The notes under the pieces are model-generated. The model saw only the letters and a list, made by a program, of their open reading frames with translations. It was not told the origin of the DNA and did no database searches. Source: a virus. From it: a stretch of DNA of 64,000 bases. A program made the translations under genes and the position numbers. The stretch spans positions 64,001-128,000 of IMG/VR virus record IMGVR_UViG_3300036715_003254; one strand, 5' to 3'. Positions within the stretch are counted from its first letter, which is position 1. Each line of letters opens with the position of its first letter. Below, one piece after another: positions 27,988 to 38,179 of the stretch.

Positions 27988-30531
27988 TTAATTAGCTTCT
28001 ATGACATCTCTATATTTTTTACCCAACTCGAGTCTCTTACTATTCTGTTTGAACCCTATTTGCTCCAAAAGAGTCCTTTCTTCTTCGGTTATTTCATTCA
28101 GAGTGTACCACTCCTTTAATTTCATACCGTTGAATTTAATGCAAAGATCGAGAAATTTCTTGTATTTATTCTCTTCGCTACTCATAGAACTTTCAAGAAG
28201 AAGCTCAGTTCTCCTTTTCTTCAAGGTTTTCTTGTCATCTTTTAAAAATATAAAGAGGCGCTTTAGAGTAAAAATAAAATTTCTATCTCTTAAACTTTCC
28301 TTATATAGTTCTAAAGCATATTCCCTAGAAAAAGTTTTATATTTTGAAAACCTTATTCTAATCGACTCTAGTTCACTTAGAAGTTTTTCTTGTTCACTAA
28401 ATGTTTTTTTACCTTCAAAAATTTCATCTATTTCTTTCAACCGATTAGTGATATATTCATCTTTAGAACTCTTCTTCAACCTTTTTACAAATTTCTTATC
28501 AGTTACTTCGGTTACTCTTTCAAACTGTTCAGAAAGAAGAAGCCTAAATGAAAAATAATGAGAGTTATCAAGAAGATTTGAAAACGCTCTAATCTTATTG
28601 ACAAAATACTGCTCTTCTGAAGGAACAATATTTCCATACTCATCATACGATTCAAATTCTATGTTTTTAAAATCTTCTTCCATAATCTTGTCAAGGATCT
28701 TGTGCTCAATCGGTAGATTCTTGAATTGCGATTTCTTCACATAGAGGAAAACCTTTTCTACATTCCTTACTCGCTTAATCATTTGGAGGCTTGAAATAAC
28801 ATCGCAACTCGATGAACAATCATAATGATAGTGTCTCTTGTAATGGTTTAAAATATTAACGCCAACAGTAATTGTAGGCGAATAAATTAAGACATCCCAA
28901 AGAATTTCTCTCTCTTTTTCTCCTATAATCTTAAGAATTTCTTTTTTGTGTTCAATCGAAAGGTCTCCAGAAACAAAAAGAACTTTTTTACCTTTCAACT
29001 CTAACTGTTTCTTAAGCTCTATTGCAAAACTCTTTGATGTAGTCGAGACAGATATTTTGTCATTATCTTCTATTATAGTTTTGATAAGAGTTTGCTCGTC
29101 GGTATCAACAAACAAAGAACAATCTTGTTGGTCTTTCCTTTTATTTTCTATTTTCAAAATCGAATCATATTCGCTTAGAAAATTATTTTCAAAACCTAGA
29201 AGAAAGGCGTCAGCTAATAAAATCGGCATCTTGTTAGTAAATATACTCATAAACTTTTTAATAGTCTGTCTCTGTTTTGTCGAAAGCGTTGATAGGTTCT
29301 GAAATAGAACAGAACAAAATTCATCTATAATGACTATGTCGAAGTTTCTAAGGTCGTATTTCCAAAGAGACTCAATTTGTACAATAAGAGAATCTCCTAT
29401 TACATAATCATCATCCAAATATGTTTTTATATTATAGCGCTCAGAGTAGTCTATTGTCGAATTTATTCTATTACTTAAGAAAAGTATTCTTCTATTTTTT
29501 CTTTTCAAGACCTCTTCTATAATATTTGACTTCCCAGAACCCATAAATGATTTAATTTTTAGAGCAACAGAATGTTTTTTTGAAAGGAACGCCTCTATAA
29601 ATTCGATAGTCTTCTCGTCAACCGACAAGTACTGTTTATCTACTTTATGGATTGTTTCAAAGGCGAATTTAGAATATAACTTATCTCTTAATCTCTGTTC
29701 TTGTTGTTCTTTTAGAAACTTTTTCCCTGTAAGAGTGTTAGCAAATTCTTTAAAAATGTTTACTGATTTATTCTTATCGTGATGATGCATTATAAATGGC
29801 GAATTTTCAAACCAAAAATAACCGTTCTTAGTTTTCTTTTCGCTATAATGCGAGAATTGAAAAGAGCCGTTATTGTTTTTATAATCTCGAACTCTTCTAA
29901 ATCCCATTTCGGTAAACTTTTGAAGCGCCCAGTCTTTTTCAATATCTGAAGACGAAGGAATAACAAAATCGATTTGTTTTTCTTCAAATACTTCTAATGT
30001 GAGTTTACCATTACCGTTTAAGTTGTCTAAAATTATTTTAGAATTTTTAGTAGGCGCTTGATATGATGAAGCGTTCAATACGTGTTCATCTATACTACAT
30101 ATATTTTTTAGATGTTTATTGATTGTTTTAACATAAGATTTGATGATATCCCTTGAAAGAAAATCTTTTAAATAAAAAATTCCTTTCATATTAAAACAGT
30201 CAGTGTTGTTAAAGGAACGAGATGTAATTAGAAATACAGGAAAATCATTAAAGAGAAAATAATTTACAACCTTTTTAAATTGTGCTAATGTATCTACGTG
30301 GTCAATATCAAGAATAAAATAGTTTGATGTTTCCTTATATCTAAGAAATTCTTTTTTCCTCTCGCAAGTAATTATATCATCCGCTAGAGGATGATTCAAA
30401 TAAAATGATGATGAAAGAAAGTCTGCTAGATTTTCCTTAGACACATTGTATGAAACGAATTGAAACTTATTATCTTTTGAAAATGGAACTTTCTTATTTG
30501 AATCAGTAATTAGTTGAGTAAATCTAAACAC
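27988..30531 (-). CDS. Origin-binding-protein-like (UL9-type) SF2 helicase with possible N-terminal primase-like domain
   Basis: KSFMGSGKS, IVIIDE, YSPTITVGVN, QMIKRVR; N-terminal ILDID. Confidence 0.7.
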   Translation of the reverse strand: MFRFTQLITDSNKKVPFSKDNKFQFVSYNVSKENLADFLSSSFYLNHPLADDIITCERKKEFLRYKETSNYFILDIDHVDTLAQFKKVVNYFLFNDFPVFLITSRSFNNTDCFNMKGIFYLKDFLSRDIIKSYVKTINKHLKNICSIDEHVLNASSYQAPTKNSKIILDNLNGNGKLTLEVFEEKQIDFVIPSSSDIEKDWALQKFTEMGFRRVRDYKNNNGSFQFSHYSEKKTKNGYFWFENSPFIMHHHDKNKSVNIFKEFANTLTGKKFLKEQQEQRLRDKLYSKFAFETIHKVDKQYLSVDEKTIEFIEAFLSKKHSVALKIKSFMGSGKSNIIEEVLKRKNRRILFLSNRINSTIDYSERYNIKTYLDDDYVIGDSLIVQIESLWKYDLRNFDIVIIDEFCSVLFQNLSTLSTKQRQTIKKFMSIFTNKMPILLADAFLLGFENNFLSEYDSILKIENKRKDQQDCSLFVDTDEQTLIKTIIEDNDKISVSTTSKSFAIELKKQLELKGKKVLFVSGDLSIEHKKEILKIIGEKEREILWDVLIYSPTITVGVNILNHYKRHYHYDCSSSCDVISSLQMIKRVRNVEKVFLYVKKSQFKNLPIEHKILDKIMEEDFKNIEFESYDEYGNIVPSEEQYFVNKIRAFSNLLDNSHYFSFRLLLSEQFERVTEVTDKKFVKRLKKSSKDEYITNRLKEIDEIFEGKKTFSEQEKLLSELESIRIRFSKYKTFSREYALELYKESLRDRNFIFTLKRLFIFLKDDKKTLKKRRTELLLESSMSSEENKYKKFLDLCIKFNGMKLKEWYTLNEITEEERTLLEQIGFKQNSKRLELGKKYRDVIEAN

Positions 30532-30534
30532 CTT

Positions 30535-31515
30535 CTAGAACCTTAGTGTTACTTGAGCAGGAAGACCTTCTTCTATGTTTTCATTGATTAGTATTTTAAT
30601 CTGTTCCGGTTTAAAATTTCCATTAACCAACATCTCATTAAAATCTTTGTATTCTATTTCTTTTGGCCACATAAAGGCTTTAAATCCTTCATCCACATAT
30701 TTCCTATAAGACTGTTTCGCTTTCATATCGAAATTATAATTGTCGAGACAAATAACATAGTCTCTCTTGTACTTAGAAAGAATTTCTGAAGAAGAGCCTA
30801 GAACAGCCATACTATTATCTTGACCTGTAGAAAGAGCGTCGAATATTGACTCACAAACAAAAACTTCCTTTGTTTTGTCAGTTTGAAATATATTCCAAGC
30901 CTTCGGCAGGCTTTCGTCAAATAATTTGGTAATAAATTGTTTTCCTACTAAACTCCTACCTTGAAACCCAAACCAAGTACCGTCTTCTCTTAAAAGAGGA
31001 AAAATGATAAAGTTGTCAAGATACATATCAAACACATTTAAATTTTTCGCTTGATATACTTGAATATTTCTTCGCTTTATTTCAGACAAGACTTTTCTTT
31101 TTTCAAGGTATTCTATCGCTTCACTATCAATTTCTTGAAATGGATTTTCAAAATCATCAATAACTTCTTCTTCAGGCTCTTTTTCTATTATAGGCGGCAA
31201 ATCTTCAAAAACTAAATCATCAAGACTTTCTCCAGTCAATGATTTAAAACTGTTTTGTCTTAACTCATTTCTATAAGAGTCAAAAAATTCTGGACAATTT
31301 TCCTTGAAGAACTTATAAAAGCTTGAACTATAATCACAGTTAAAACAGTGTACATAGTCCTTTTTGTTGTTTTCTATAAACCAAAATCTTCTTTTTCTTT
31401 TATTCTTCTTAGAATCGCCGCAAATAGGACATCTTATATTATATTTGTCACCAACTTTCTTAGCGTCTAGATAAGCGTATTTTATGAATTTTTCTGCTAA
31501 TGGAGTCATAGTCAT
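30535..31515 (-). CDS. gp61: DNA primase
   Basis: RCPICGDSKKNKRKRR...HCFNC; GFQGR; ESIFDA; KDFNEM. Confidence 0.9.
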   Translation of the reverse strand: MTMTPLAEKFIKYAYLDAKKVGDKYNIRCPICGDSKKNKRKRRFWFIENNKKDYVHCFNCDYSSSFYKFFKENCPEFFDSYRNELRQNSFKSLTGESLDDLVFEDLPPIIEKEPEEEVIDDFENPFQEIDSEAIEYLEKRKVLSEIKRRNIQVYQAKNLNVFDMYLDNFIIFPLLREDGTWFGFQGRSLVGKQFITKLFDESLPKAWNIFQTDKTKEVFVCESIFDALSTGQDNSMAVLGSSSEILSKYKRDYVICLDNYNFDMKAKQSYRKYVDEGFKAFMWPKEIEYKDFNEMLVNGNFKPEQIKILINENIEEGLPAQVTLRF

Positions 31516-31580
31516 AAATCCTTTAAGAGGAATTATACCTAAAATAAGTTTAAAAGGAGAAAGGAGAGTTTAAACTCTCC

Positions 31581-32639
31581 TTAAAAATCGTCTAGAGTAG
31601 TATCCTCTTTTTCGACAGGTTTAACGTAGAATGTGCTCAAATTCTCGAACATTTCGTTCAAGTTATGGGCTAGGAAGTAATCCATCATACCTTTTGAGTC
31701 GTAGTGTGCTTCTGCTTTAGAATATTCTTCGAGTATGGCTTTCTGAATATCTTCAGGAATATAATCAAAGTCTATGAGGACTTTGTTCCTTTCAAAATTC
31801 GATTTACAAATTTCCGGAAGTTTCTCAAAGTTTTCTTCAAAATTTTCGAGAAACTTATTTACTCCTACTTCACCAAACATAGCTTTCTTATAGATAGGCT
31901 TGTCGAGAAATTCAGTTTGATATTTCTCAATCAACATACCTGAGATTTGAAGCTTAAAGAACTTGTCTACTTCGGTGACGAAAATATTTTCTCGTCTAAG
32001 AAAAGAAATGAAATCCTTATGGAATTCTGATTCGGCTTTTATACTAGGAACATTATCGCCAGAATCGCCAAGAAGAATGTGGAATAGTTTAAAATTCCTT
32101 ACTTCTGGCTTAGTCATTTTAACGAATTCTTTCTTTATCGGATCGAAAAGACTTACATTATCGTATTCAAGCACTTGTTTATAGTCTTTATCAGAAGACA
32201 CGACTAGCACTTTCCTTTTCTTAGAAAGATTCTTAGCCAAAACTCCACAAACATCATCAGCTTCAGCTCTATCGACATAAACAACCTTTACTGGAAAACT
32301 TGTTTTTAAAGCTTCCAGAACATCGTTTACTACAGCGAAAAATTCGTTGAAGTCTATATCAGAATTTTCTCTTCCGGCGGCTCTATGTGCTTTATATTCT
32401 TTATAAAAATCTTTTCGCCAATTATTTTTAGCGTCGCAAGCTATTACTATTTCGTCATTCCACTCGTTAAATTTGTTCGAGAAAATATATTTCAAGTTGT
32501 TGAACAAAAGATGTCTGAAGAAGTCTTCATAGTCTTTTGTTCTAAACTTTTTAGTAGTTTTATCGACTTTTAGTTTGAGTTGAAATATGGAAACATAAAG
32601 CAATCTATGAGCTAAATGGCTAAAGTCCATTAAGACCAT
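31581..32639 (-). CDS. rnh: RNase H / 5'-3' exonuclease
   Basis: WRK..Y..YK..R, AEADD, SSDKD, GDSGDNVP. Confidence 0.9.
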   Translation of the reverse strand: MVLMDFSHLAHRLLYVSIFQLKLKVDKTTKKFRTKDYEDFFRHLLFNNLKYIFSNKFNEWNDEIVIACDAKNNWRKDFYKEYKAHRAAGRENSDIDFNEFFAVVNDVLEALKTSFPVKVVYVDRAEADDVCGVLAKNLSKKRKVLVVSSDKDYKQVLEYDNVSLFDPIKKEFVKMTKPEVRNFKLFHILLGDSGDNVPSIKAESEFHKDFISFLRRENIFVTEVDKFFKLQISGMLIEKYQTEFLDKPIYKKAMFGEVGVNKFLENFEENFEKLPEICKSNFERNKVLIDFDYIPEDIQKAILEEYSKAEAHYDSKGMMDYFLAHNLNEMFENLSTFYVKPVEKEDTTLDDF

Positions 32640-32643
32640 TATA

Positions 32644-32814
32644 TTATTGTGCCTTTCTTAGCTTTTCTATTTTCTCTTTAAACTCATCTTCTATAAATGG
32701 AAGAAGTATAGCGAGGAGCTTCGCATTTTTTGCGTCGCTCTCAGGTCCATACATTTTTGCTATTTCAAATTCTGAAAGAATTTTGTTATATTTTTCTAGT
32801 TTTTCTTTTGACAT
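32644..32814 (-). CDS. Small hypothetical protein (56 aa); not in ORF track
   Basis: MSKEKLEKYNKILSEFEIAK...; fills the gap between gp32 and rnh. Confidence 0.55.
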   Translation of the reverse strand: MSKEKLEKYNKILSEFEIAKMYGPESDAKNAKLLAILLPFIEDEFKEKIEKLRKAQ

Positions 32815-32825
32815 TTTTCCGCCTT

Positions 32826-33752
32826 TTAACCTATTAGATCGTCAAGAAAATCTAAATCGTCATTGACGCTTTTTGTTTCCGGAGCTTCCTCGACTTTCTT
32901 TTTTGTAGGTTTTTCTATAGTAGCTTGTTTTTTAACTCCAATCTCTTTAGGTTTTTCATCTTCATCAAAAGGTACATCATTATTTTTAATCTCAGCTCCC
33001 TTTACAGTTTTTTGACCTGTTTCAGCAAAAGTCAAAAGGGCTTTCAACTCATTATATGGTTTAAAGTGAGCTGGAGAAATAAACTCATCCAGTTTGTAAC
33101 AATTTTTGTTTATAAATTCTACCGCAGCTTCAGTAGATTTGAAAACAGCACTTGCATCAAGAATTGTTGTATCATCATAATTAAAGAAGTTATTAGCTTT
33201 CTTAATTTGAAGACTAATTGAAGATCCATTCGCTGTAGGATCGAAAAGTTGTTTTGGTTTTACGCCTACTTCTCTCATAGCTTCTGTTGGATTCATAGCT
33301 GCTATGAATTTGTCCATAAGTTTGGTGCCGAATTCCCAGAGGAACACTTTACCGTTGTTTTCCGGACAGCCTGGATCTTTTACAACAAGTATGTTAGCTA
33401 TATACTTGATTTTTCTTGAGTATAGTTTCGCTTTTTCTTGATTACCACTGTTCCATAGTTCTTGCCATTTTTCAGAAGCTGGACACGGAAGACCTATTGT
33501 TTCAGGACTGTCTTGAATGTAGTAAAAGTCTTTACCGTTTCTTGTAAATTTTATTGAGTGATGGAATATTTTGACAAAAGGTTTAGCGTCTGGACCTGCT
33601 GAGTCTGGTAGTAATCTAATTACAGCTGCTCCTGTACCACTTTCATCTTTAGAAAGCTTCCAAAACCTTGAGTCTTTGAAGTCTTTTTTCTCTCCTGGAA
33701 GAGCGTCTTTTTGTAGATTTTGTTGAAGTGTTTCCCACGAAAATTCAAACAT
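32826..33752 (-). CDS. gp32: ssDNA-binding protein (start revised to 33752)
   Basis: D.RFWKL.KD..G.G.AVIR.LP, NILVVKDP..PENNGKVF, acidic tail; AAGGA RBS. Confidence 0.9.
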   Translation of the reverse strand: MFEFSWETLQQNLQKDALPGEKKDFKDSRFWKLSKDESGTGAAVIRLLPDSAGPDAKPFVKIFHHSIKFTRNGKDFYYIQDSPETIGLPCPASEKWQELWNSGNQEKAKLYSRKIKYIANILVVKDPGCPENNGKVFLWEFGTKLMDKFIAAMNPTEAMREVGVKPKQLFDPTANGSSISLQIKKANNFFNYDDTTILDASAVFKSTEAAVEFINKNCYKLDEFISPAHFKPYNELKALLTFAETGQKTVKGAEIKNNDVPFDEDEKPKEIGVKKQATIEKPTKKKVEEAPETKSVNDDLDFLDDLIG

Positions 33753-33756
33753 TTTT

Positions 33757-33927
33757 AATTCCTTTTTAAACGATTTGTGAACCGCTCCTTCGTAAAAGAA
33801 GAGCTTCCTAACTAACAACTTCCAACGAAGTTGAGCACGAAAGGCTTTGTGTTTATAGTCCACAAGGCTAGTTCCTAGCCCAAACGACTATGATTATATT
33901 ATATAATCAGTCGATAGCAAAAACAGA
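33757..33927 (-). ncRNA. Stand-alone TnpB omega-RNA cassette (mini IS605 derivative)
   Basis: GTCGTTTGGGCTAGGAACTAGCCTTGTGGAC...AAAGCCTTTCGTG...GTTAGGAAG...GCGGTTCAC matches the 3' ends of both tnpB loci; putative guide AAATCGTTTAAAAAGGAATT. Confidence 0.8.
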
Positions 33928-33969
33928 TAGATAAAAACGAACGCCAAATTCTTTAGACTGATTTATTTA

Positions 33970-34671
33970 TCAGTTTTGTTTTGGTTTCTCAGCTACCAGA
34001 ACTTCAAAAGTTTCTAGAGTATTTGAAACAAATTTAAAAATCACTTTACCTGACGCATTTCTATGTATAGAAACTCTGTATGTTCCTAGAGGAATTTTTT
34101 TAAAGTTATCATTGCTCAAAGAAAGCATAACATCTTCTTTCGACTCGCCGTCACATTTAATAGAAAAAGTATTTCCGAGAGTTTCTGAATCAAGAGAAAT
34201 TGTTATTTCATCATCAGACGATGAGATTGTGATATTTTCTAGATCTTTAAGAACGCTTGACGCCTTTCTTAGTTTACCCATATCTTCGTCGCTAAGAGTA
34301 AACGAAATAATCGGTTCAATAGAATCAACCTTGTCAAATATACTAAAGTTTAGTCTATATTTGTCTAGTAGGTCTAGGTCTGATGTGTAATATGTGATTT
34401 GTGTTGACCTATCAGAAAGAATAAGTTTTGAATCTTCTTGTTTAATTTCCGGATCTTCAAGAAGTTTCACTACTGATAGAAATTCGGAAAGTTTTCCGAG
34501 CAAACCGAATTCTTCAAACTCTTCAGAGTCGTATCTAGAAAGATCGATTTTGGCCATAATGGTTGAATCTATATCTTTAATCCCGAGTATAGGATAAGAA
34601 ACAACTAGGCTTGAAGAAATATCTTGTAATTTTGACAGGATTGTCAACGAGTTTTTGTTAAGCATTTTCAT
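33970..34671 (-). CDS. gp45: Sliding clamp
   Basis: 233 aa; EFG...LSEFL..V.L..DPEI, F.LS..D..KL.KAS.VL, NFKKIP.G.Y.V. Confidence 0.8.
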   Translation of the reverse strand: MKMLNKNSLTILSKLQDISSSLVVSYPILGIKDIDSTIMAKIDLSRYDSEEFEEFGLLGKLSEFLSVVKLLEDPEIKQEDSKLILSDRSTQITYYTSDLDLLDKYRLNFSIFDKVDSIEPIISFTLSDEDMGKLRKASSVLKDLENITISSSDDEITISLDSETLGNTFSIKCDGESKEDVMLSLSNDNFKKIPLGTYRVSIHRNASGKVIFKFVSNTLETFEVLVAEKPKQN

Positions 34672-34771
34672 CCTTCAAACGAAATTAAAGTTTTTCGGTC
34701 TTACGACAAAATGTATTTTGAAAGCCGAAAACTTTTAACTTCGGTTATTATAGCCGAGAAAAGTTTAACAA

Positions 34772-35275
34772 TTAATACCAAACGAAGTATTTTCCTTTTG
34801 TAAGCTCTATATAACCGATGAGTTCTTCCTTCATATCAAGAAAGTCTTCTTTGTCTAAAACATAGATAGTCTTTTTGAAAATCTTTTTCGCTTCTTCGTC
34901 TAGTGTAATGAACTCTTTTTTACCGACTTGAATTTTTGTTTTAAAGATTTTCTCTTTCAAAATTTTCATATCATCATCAGTCAATTCAGGAAAATCATTT
35001 TTGATTTTTGTGAAGTCAACAACGCTTGAGTAGTCTGTTTTTACTGAAGAGATTTTCTCTCTGAATTTTCTCGGCCATTTGACACAGTGTGTATCTATAA
35101 AAAGAGTTTTCTTCATTCCTTTACCCTTAGAGACATCATAGATTCTTTTGAAATCTACATCTTCTTCTAGCTTATATTTTTTAGCTAGAACAGTAAAGGT
35201 AGCTAAATGAATTCCAAGCTTTTCGCTTAATTCTGATGTAGAAACAAAGTTTTTTCCTAAAGTGTATTGTGTCAT
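34772..35275 (-). CDS. Hypothetical protein, possible N-terminal HTH
   Basis: VSTSELSEKLGI; 167 aa. Confidence 0.55.
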   Translation of the reverse strand: MTQYTLGKNFVSTSELSEKLGIHLATFTVLAKKYKLEEDVDFKRIYDVSKGKGMKKTLFIDTHCVKWPRKFREKISSVKTDYSSVVDFTKIKNDFPELTDDDMKILKEKIFKTKIQVGKKEFITLDEEAKKIFKKTIYVLDKEDFLDMKEELIGYIELTKGKYFVWY

Positions 35276-35517
35276 ATTCTTCCTTCCTGTTTAAGTTGTA
35301 GGATTTTTATGATGTCATTCTTAGTTACATTCAAATCTTTTTCGAAAGACATTTCAAGTTTCCACCCGTATTTTGTTTGAGAGTATACATAGACAAAACG
35401 AGAATGGCGAACTATTTTTAATGTGGTATTATTCGCTGTAAAATAATCATCTTGTTTTTCATCATAACAGCCAGAAAATAGGAACAATACAATAATAAGA
35501 AAGAGTATCCTTTTCAT
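35272..35517 (-). CDS. Lipoprotein
   Basis: Lipobox FSGC after a hydrophobic stretch. Confidence 0.65.
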   Translation of the reverse strand: MKRILFLIIVLFLFSGCYDEKQDDYFTANNTTLKIVRHSRFVYVYSQTKYGWKLEMSFEKDLNVTKNDIIKILQLKQEGRI

Positions 35518-35969
35518 TCGAATAGTCCTTCTACTCTTCTTCTAGACTCATCTTCAAGTTGTTTTTGAAGTTTTTCACATTTTTCTTTGTAGAATTTTAA
35601 TTGATTCTTAGTAGTTTGTAGCTCAAAATCATTAGCAAGAAGTTCGCCTTTATGTTGTTTTTTGATTCTCTCTAAGTCGTAGAGAGCTTTTTCTACGCTT
35701 TCTATAACAGTTTGTCTTCCTTGATTTTTAAGTGAAAGAGATTTATTTTGAGAAGACAAAACTCTAACTTGTTCTTCAAGGTCTTTTATTCTTTTTTGAG
35801 TTTCAAAGTCCACACCAAATAGAGCGTCAATATCAACACCTTTTAGGCTTTCTGAATATTCGAGAATTTTATCTATAAAAAGGTCCGCATTTCTTTTTAT
35901 ATCAGCTTTTGAAGCTGAAAGTCCTTTAAGAGTTTTTAGGACTTTGTATGCTGTTTTTACATCGTTCAT
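35514..35969 (-). CDS. Coiled-coil hypothetical protein
   Basis: 151 aa, AGGAG RBS, own early promoter. Confidence 0.6.
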   Translation of the reverse strand: MNDVKTAYKVLKTLKGLSASKADIKRNADLFIDKILEYSESLKGVDIDALFGVDFETQKRIKDLEEQVRVLSSQNKSLSLKNQGRQTVIESVEKALYDLERIKKQHKGELLANDFELQTTKNQLKFYKEKCEKLQKQLEDESRRRVEGLFE

Positions 35970-36033
35970 AACGAACTCCTAAAAAAGATAAAGAATTATA
36001 CCTTGTCTTTTCTTTAAATAAGCTTAAAGAAAA

Positions 36034-36150
36034 TTATTTTTGATGCGTTTTGAAGTAAGCGGACGCCTCTTCGGAAGTTGAGAATTTTTTTCCTGACAAA
36101 TTCAAAACATACGGAGAAGTATCACCAAAATAAGAAAGAGTCAATATAGA
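36034..36150 (-). pseudogene. 3' fragment of a ~100-aa repeat-family gene
   Basis: SILTLSYFGDTSPYVLNLSGKKFSTSEEASAYFKTHQK* aligns to the family C-terminus and starts right at the IS right end. Confidence 0.7.
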
Positions 36151-36270
36151 GTGAACTGCCTACTCCTTAAAGGAGTCGGCTTCCTAACTAACAGCTTCCA
36201 GCGAAGCTGAAACACGAAAGGCTTTGCGTTTATATAAGTCCGCAAGGTTGGTTCCCAACCCAAACGACTT
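36131..36270 (-). ncRNA. omega-RNA/right end of tnpB-1
   Basis: Overlaps the tnpB 3' end; ends GGCAGTTCAC at 36151; putative guide TCTATATTGACTCTTTCTTA. Confidence 0.8.
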
Positions 36271-37593
36271 CATACCTCTATACAATATATGTACTGAAGC
36301 TTGATGGTCAGGATTAGTCTGATGACCACAAGCTGTACATATAAATTTGTCTTGTTTAGGTCTATTGTTCTTATCAATATTACCACAGTTTAAACAAGTC
36401 ATAGAAGTATAGGAAGGATCTACTTTTACAAACAATTTGCCATTAAGCGACTGCTTGTATTCAAGCATAGATATAAACTGATAGAATGAAGCTCTTAAAA
36501 TTGATTTATTTAAACCTGCTTTTTGTCTTACATTTTTTCCGTGCTCGACTTCATTTCCTTTAGCAGATTTAGTCATTTGCTTTAGTTTAAGGTCTTCAAC
36601 TACTATCAAATCAAATTTGTTTGTTAATCTGGAGGAGATTTGATGATATAGATCCGTTCTTTTATTGATAATTCTTTTTTGTAGTTTATTTAATTGTTGT
36701 TGTGTTTTATTATAGTTTCTCCCTAGTTTGGTTTTTGATTTTTTGTTTTTTAGAATTCTTCTAGACTGCTTTCGCAAAAGAAGTTTGATTCTTTTGTTAT
36801 TCAGCATTGCTTTACGATTAGCAGAACCGTTGTTTATTAGATGTCCTGATTCAACCGATACTAAGTTTGGTATCGATTCAAAGAGAAAATCTACATCGTT
36901 TGAAACTGCAAAGTTATAAACATTCATATCTATACCTATACAATTTTCTTCATTCAAATTGTCGATAGATACAGGTTCTATTTCTTTTTCAAAAGAAATT
37001 CCTATGCTAGCGTAATAACCAGTCGCATCTCTAGATATAACAACAGAAGTTAACTTATATTCTTTTGGAAGTTCTCTATGATATCTTAGTTTTATGTTTT
37101 GCTTCATCAATTTCAAAATAGCAGTTCTTTTATCTGTTTCTTTAATAGATACTGCTTGATTGTTCCACACAAATGATTGTCTTACATCTTTACTTGATTT
37201 AAACTTTGGAAATCCGATTGATAGCGCTTTTGCTTTTTCTTTTGGAGTTTTTGCGTTTTGTAAAGCTTTATTTCTTTCATTAACAACATTTTTTGAGAAA
37301 GCTCGTTTAGTCGCCTTAAGAAAATTTATTCTAGCTTGTTGAATAACAACGGAAGAAAAAGGAATATTTCTAAGTTTTAAAGCTCTTTTTATAACTCTGT
37401 CGTAAGACGAATCCTTCCTGTATTTTCTATCTGCTTTCTCTAGCTTTCTATTTCTTTCTTGTTCTTTTTGCCATAGATTAAGACAGATGTTGTAGGCTTG
37501 ATTATAAACGAACATTTGATGGTCGAGAAGCTTCTTTTGTTCTTCTGTAGGATAGATCTGATATTTATAACCTAGATTTACAGTTTTGTTCAT
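36184..37593 (-). CDS. tnpB: TnpB RNA-guided endonuclease (IS200/IS605 family), copy 1
   Basis: YKY.IYPT.EQ HTH; GFPKFK; RuvC IGID, VVEDL, NPD; CLNC/CTAC zinc finger. Confidence 0.95.
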   Translation of the reverse strand: MNKTVNLGYKYQIYPTEEQKKLLDHQMFVYNQAYNICLNLWQKEQERNRKLEKADRKYRKDSSYDRVIKRALKLRNIPFSSVVIQQARINFLKATKRAFSKNVVNERNKALQNAKTPKEKAKALSIGFPKFKSSKDVRQSFVWNNQAVSIKETDKRTAILKLMKQNIKLRYHRELPKEYKLTSVVISRDATGYYASIGISFEKEIEPVSIDNLNEENCIGIDMNVYNFAVSNDVDFLFESIPNLVSVESGHLINNGSANRKAMLNNKRIKLLLRKQSRRILKNKKSKTKLGRNYNKTQQQLNKLQKRIINKRTDLYHQISSRLTNKFDLIVVEDLKLKQMTKSAKGNEVEHGKNVRQKAGLNKSILRASFYQFISMLEYKQSLNGKLFVKVDPSYTSMTCLNCGNIDKNNRPKQDKFICTACGHQTNPDHQASVHILYRGMKSFGLGTNLADLYKRKAFRVSASLEAVS

Positions 37594-37754
37594 ACGAGAT
37601 TAATATTGTTCCTTAATAAGATTAATTATTTATTTGTAATCGAATTTTGTTTGAAATAGGTTCACTAAAGAAAATTTTTAATTTAGTTATTATACTATAA
37701 AAAAATTTAAATTAAACGAAAATAAAAGAAGACGAGATAACTCCACCATCACCT

Positions 37755-37981
37755 GTAGGACGGCGATATAAACACATTAAATTAACATTTAACAATTTTC
37801 TGCTTTTGCTATCGACTAACTATAACAAATATGATATAATAATCATAGTCGTTTGGGCTGGGAACCAGCCTTGTGGACTATAAACACAAAGCCTTTCGTG
37901 CTCAGCTTCATTAGAGAAGCTGTTAGTTAGGAAGTACCGCCGTTACGGCGGTACGGTTTATATTCAGAAGTGAGTTTAGAA
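37755..37981 (+). mobile_element. Non-autonomous mini IS605 element: degenerate left end plus omega-RNA
   Basis: TAGGACGGCGATATAAACACATTAAATTA (left-end half), TATAAT, full scaffold 37847-37961 ending GGTTTAT; putative guide ATTCAGAAGTGAGTTTAGAA. Confidence 0.8.
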
Positions 37982-38010
37982 ACGCCTAGATATTTTTCGA
38001 TGTTTTTCAT
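37960..38010 (-). pseudogene. 5' fragment of a ~100-aa repeat-family gene
   Basis: MKNIEKYLGVSKLTSEY with the family RBS and promoter (38015-38070), truncated by the mini element. Confidence 0.8.
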
Positions 38011-38179
38011 TTTGAAATCCTTTTTTAATTTCAAAAATTATAGCTAAACTTTTCTTTAAGAAAGCTTAATTCCCGAAAGATTTAAATATTTCGGTGTAAT
38101 CTTTAAGCAAATTTTTAACCGATTTATTGTGGAAGAAAACAATCCGTTATCAATAGAAAGGTCGTCAGAGGAATGACGA

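Noticed and set aside
28001-29302. Opposite-strand ORFs (e.g. 28001-28558, 28946-29302 and similar ones throughout)
   Set aside because: Antisense shadows of well-supported genes, with no RBS and S/F/L-biased composition.
33753-33863. N-terminal extension of gp32 in the ORF track
   Set aside because: It is translation of the omega-RNA scaffold (YKHKAFR matches the TnpB C-terminus). The RBS lies before 33752.
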